Source: Camelus dromedarius (taxonomy: Eukaryota). From it: a stretch of 64,000 nucleotides of DNA. Positions 62,897 to 64,000 of the stretch are shown one piece after another (position 1 is the stretch's first letter; every line of letters starts with the position of its first letter). Location: contig NC_087442.1 of NCBI RefSeq assembly GCF_036321535.1, positions 25,854,001-25,918,000 on the forward strand, read 5' to 3'. Position numbers and translations under genes: made by a program. The notes beneath the pieces were generated by a model. The model was given only the letters and a program-made list of their open reading frames with translations. It ran no database searches and had not been told where the DNA came from.

Positions 62897-64000
62897 GATC
62901 CACATTCCCATTTGCTTTTAAATAAAAGCACATTGATATCTGTATCAGTTTTTCTTAAATATCTCTCTTAAAGTCTTACTTGTCAGAACTCTTTAGAGTT
63001 CTGTATATGTTGGAAGAAATATTTTGATAAGTAGCTTGGGGTGAGGGGATGAGACCTTTAAGGAGCATTTCTGAGAAATCTCTTATCTTTCCTTGGAATT
63101 CTGTTCCAATGTCAAGCACTTAATGCTCTTCTATTAATTTCTCAAGCATACCAGCTCCTTCTTTTCCTTTCATTAAGCCTCCCCTCTGTGTATCGTCTCT
63201 TGGCATGTGCCTTTACCTATAAAGTGAAATTTGGCTTCTTTTAATTTCACTTTCATTCTCATTAAGAAACTTAACAAAGGTTTGTTCTTGGATTTCGCTC
63301 CCTTCAGAAGACCTGGAAGCGTAAATTTTTAAGCAATTCTCCTGTCACATGTGGAATATAAAATATACATATTAATATGTTTATCTGCATATGTATTAAA
63401 TTATATACTTCCACACACTATACATATATGCTCACCTGGCCTTACTGGCGTGGGATAGACAAGTTAAGTTTAGGAGGACTCTCTAGGGTAAGACATGGTT
63501 CTCAGCACCCTGATAGGGCTGGGTGATACACGGCACTGGGACTACAGCAACCCACGGGAGAAAGAGACGTCTTCAAAACAACGACGGTCTGTAAAAATTA
63601 TCCTTTTTGCTCTAGTTTTCCTTTCTACCACACTTTATTGTCTGAAGTTTAGCAGCTTACATTAAAGTTGATTCTCCTGATTAACTCTGAGAAAGTAAAA
63701 CAAATCAATCAGGATTTTCTTCCCCACTGAACATGACATGAGATGCCATCACTGAACAGGAACACTTTGAAGATCCATATGGCTGCTGGAATAATGAGGG
63801 AGCATAATTACTTCAGTCAAAATGTGGTCATTTATTGTTCAGCCTACATGCGCAACTCATGACACTGTGGCTGTCAATTACTGCCAATTACTGCAAAGGA
63901 ATGACAAGGTTTTATTACTGCTAGCATCTCCCACTCAGTGAGATGTACTACAGGTAGTAACACCAACAGCATCGCTTGGGGAATTCAAGATGCCCCTTTC

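Noticed and set aside
63436-63590. Minus-strand exon candidate ending in CAG|GTGAGC
   Set aside because: Weak acceptor and stop codons in all three frames.
1-64000. CRISPR arrays, operons or other prokaryotic systems; non-retroviral endogenous viral elements
   Set aside because: The sequence is eutherian, with no repeat-spacer arrays and no gene-dense regions. I recognised no borna-, filo- or parvovirus-like motifs, although a tblastn search would be needed to exclude degraded ones.

Overview
This is AT-rich mammalian genomic DNA. The one young SINE (626-720) and the L1 3' ends point to a camelid (camel, llama or alpaca); I saw no Alu, BovA/BovB, PRE1 or CanSINE. I found no recognisable protein-coding exon, rRNA, true tRNA gene or CRISPR array, so the window reads as intergenic or deep-intronic. 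Most ORF-track entries are chance ORFs in repeats or run across N gaps. The main structure is a roughly 7.8 kb ancient class I (ERV1, MER4/MER34-group-like) provirus at about 43005-50765. It has two diverged LTRs, a gag matrix segment joined in frame to RNase H by a large deletion, integrase and env remnants, and nested MER21, L1 and MLT1 insertions. Also present are very old LINE fossils (CR1/L3, probable RTE-X/L4, L2, MIR), hAT and Tigger MITEs, and several repeat-free islands with dense transcription-factor motif clusters. The strongest cluster is an octamer + PU.1/IRF + RUNX group at about 37.0-37.3 kb. Two small insertion or duplication events are not explained by any repeat family I know. 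Repeat family names come from my recollection of consensus sequences, not from a database search. I do not see evidence for a novel multi-gene system.
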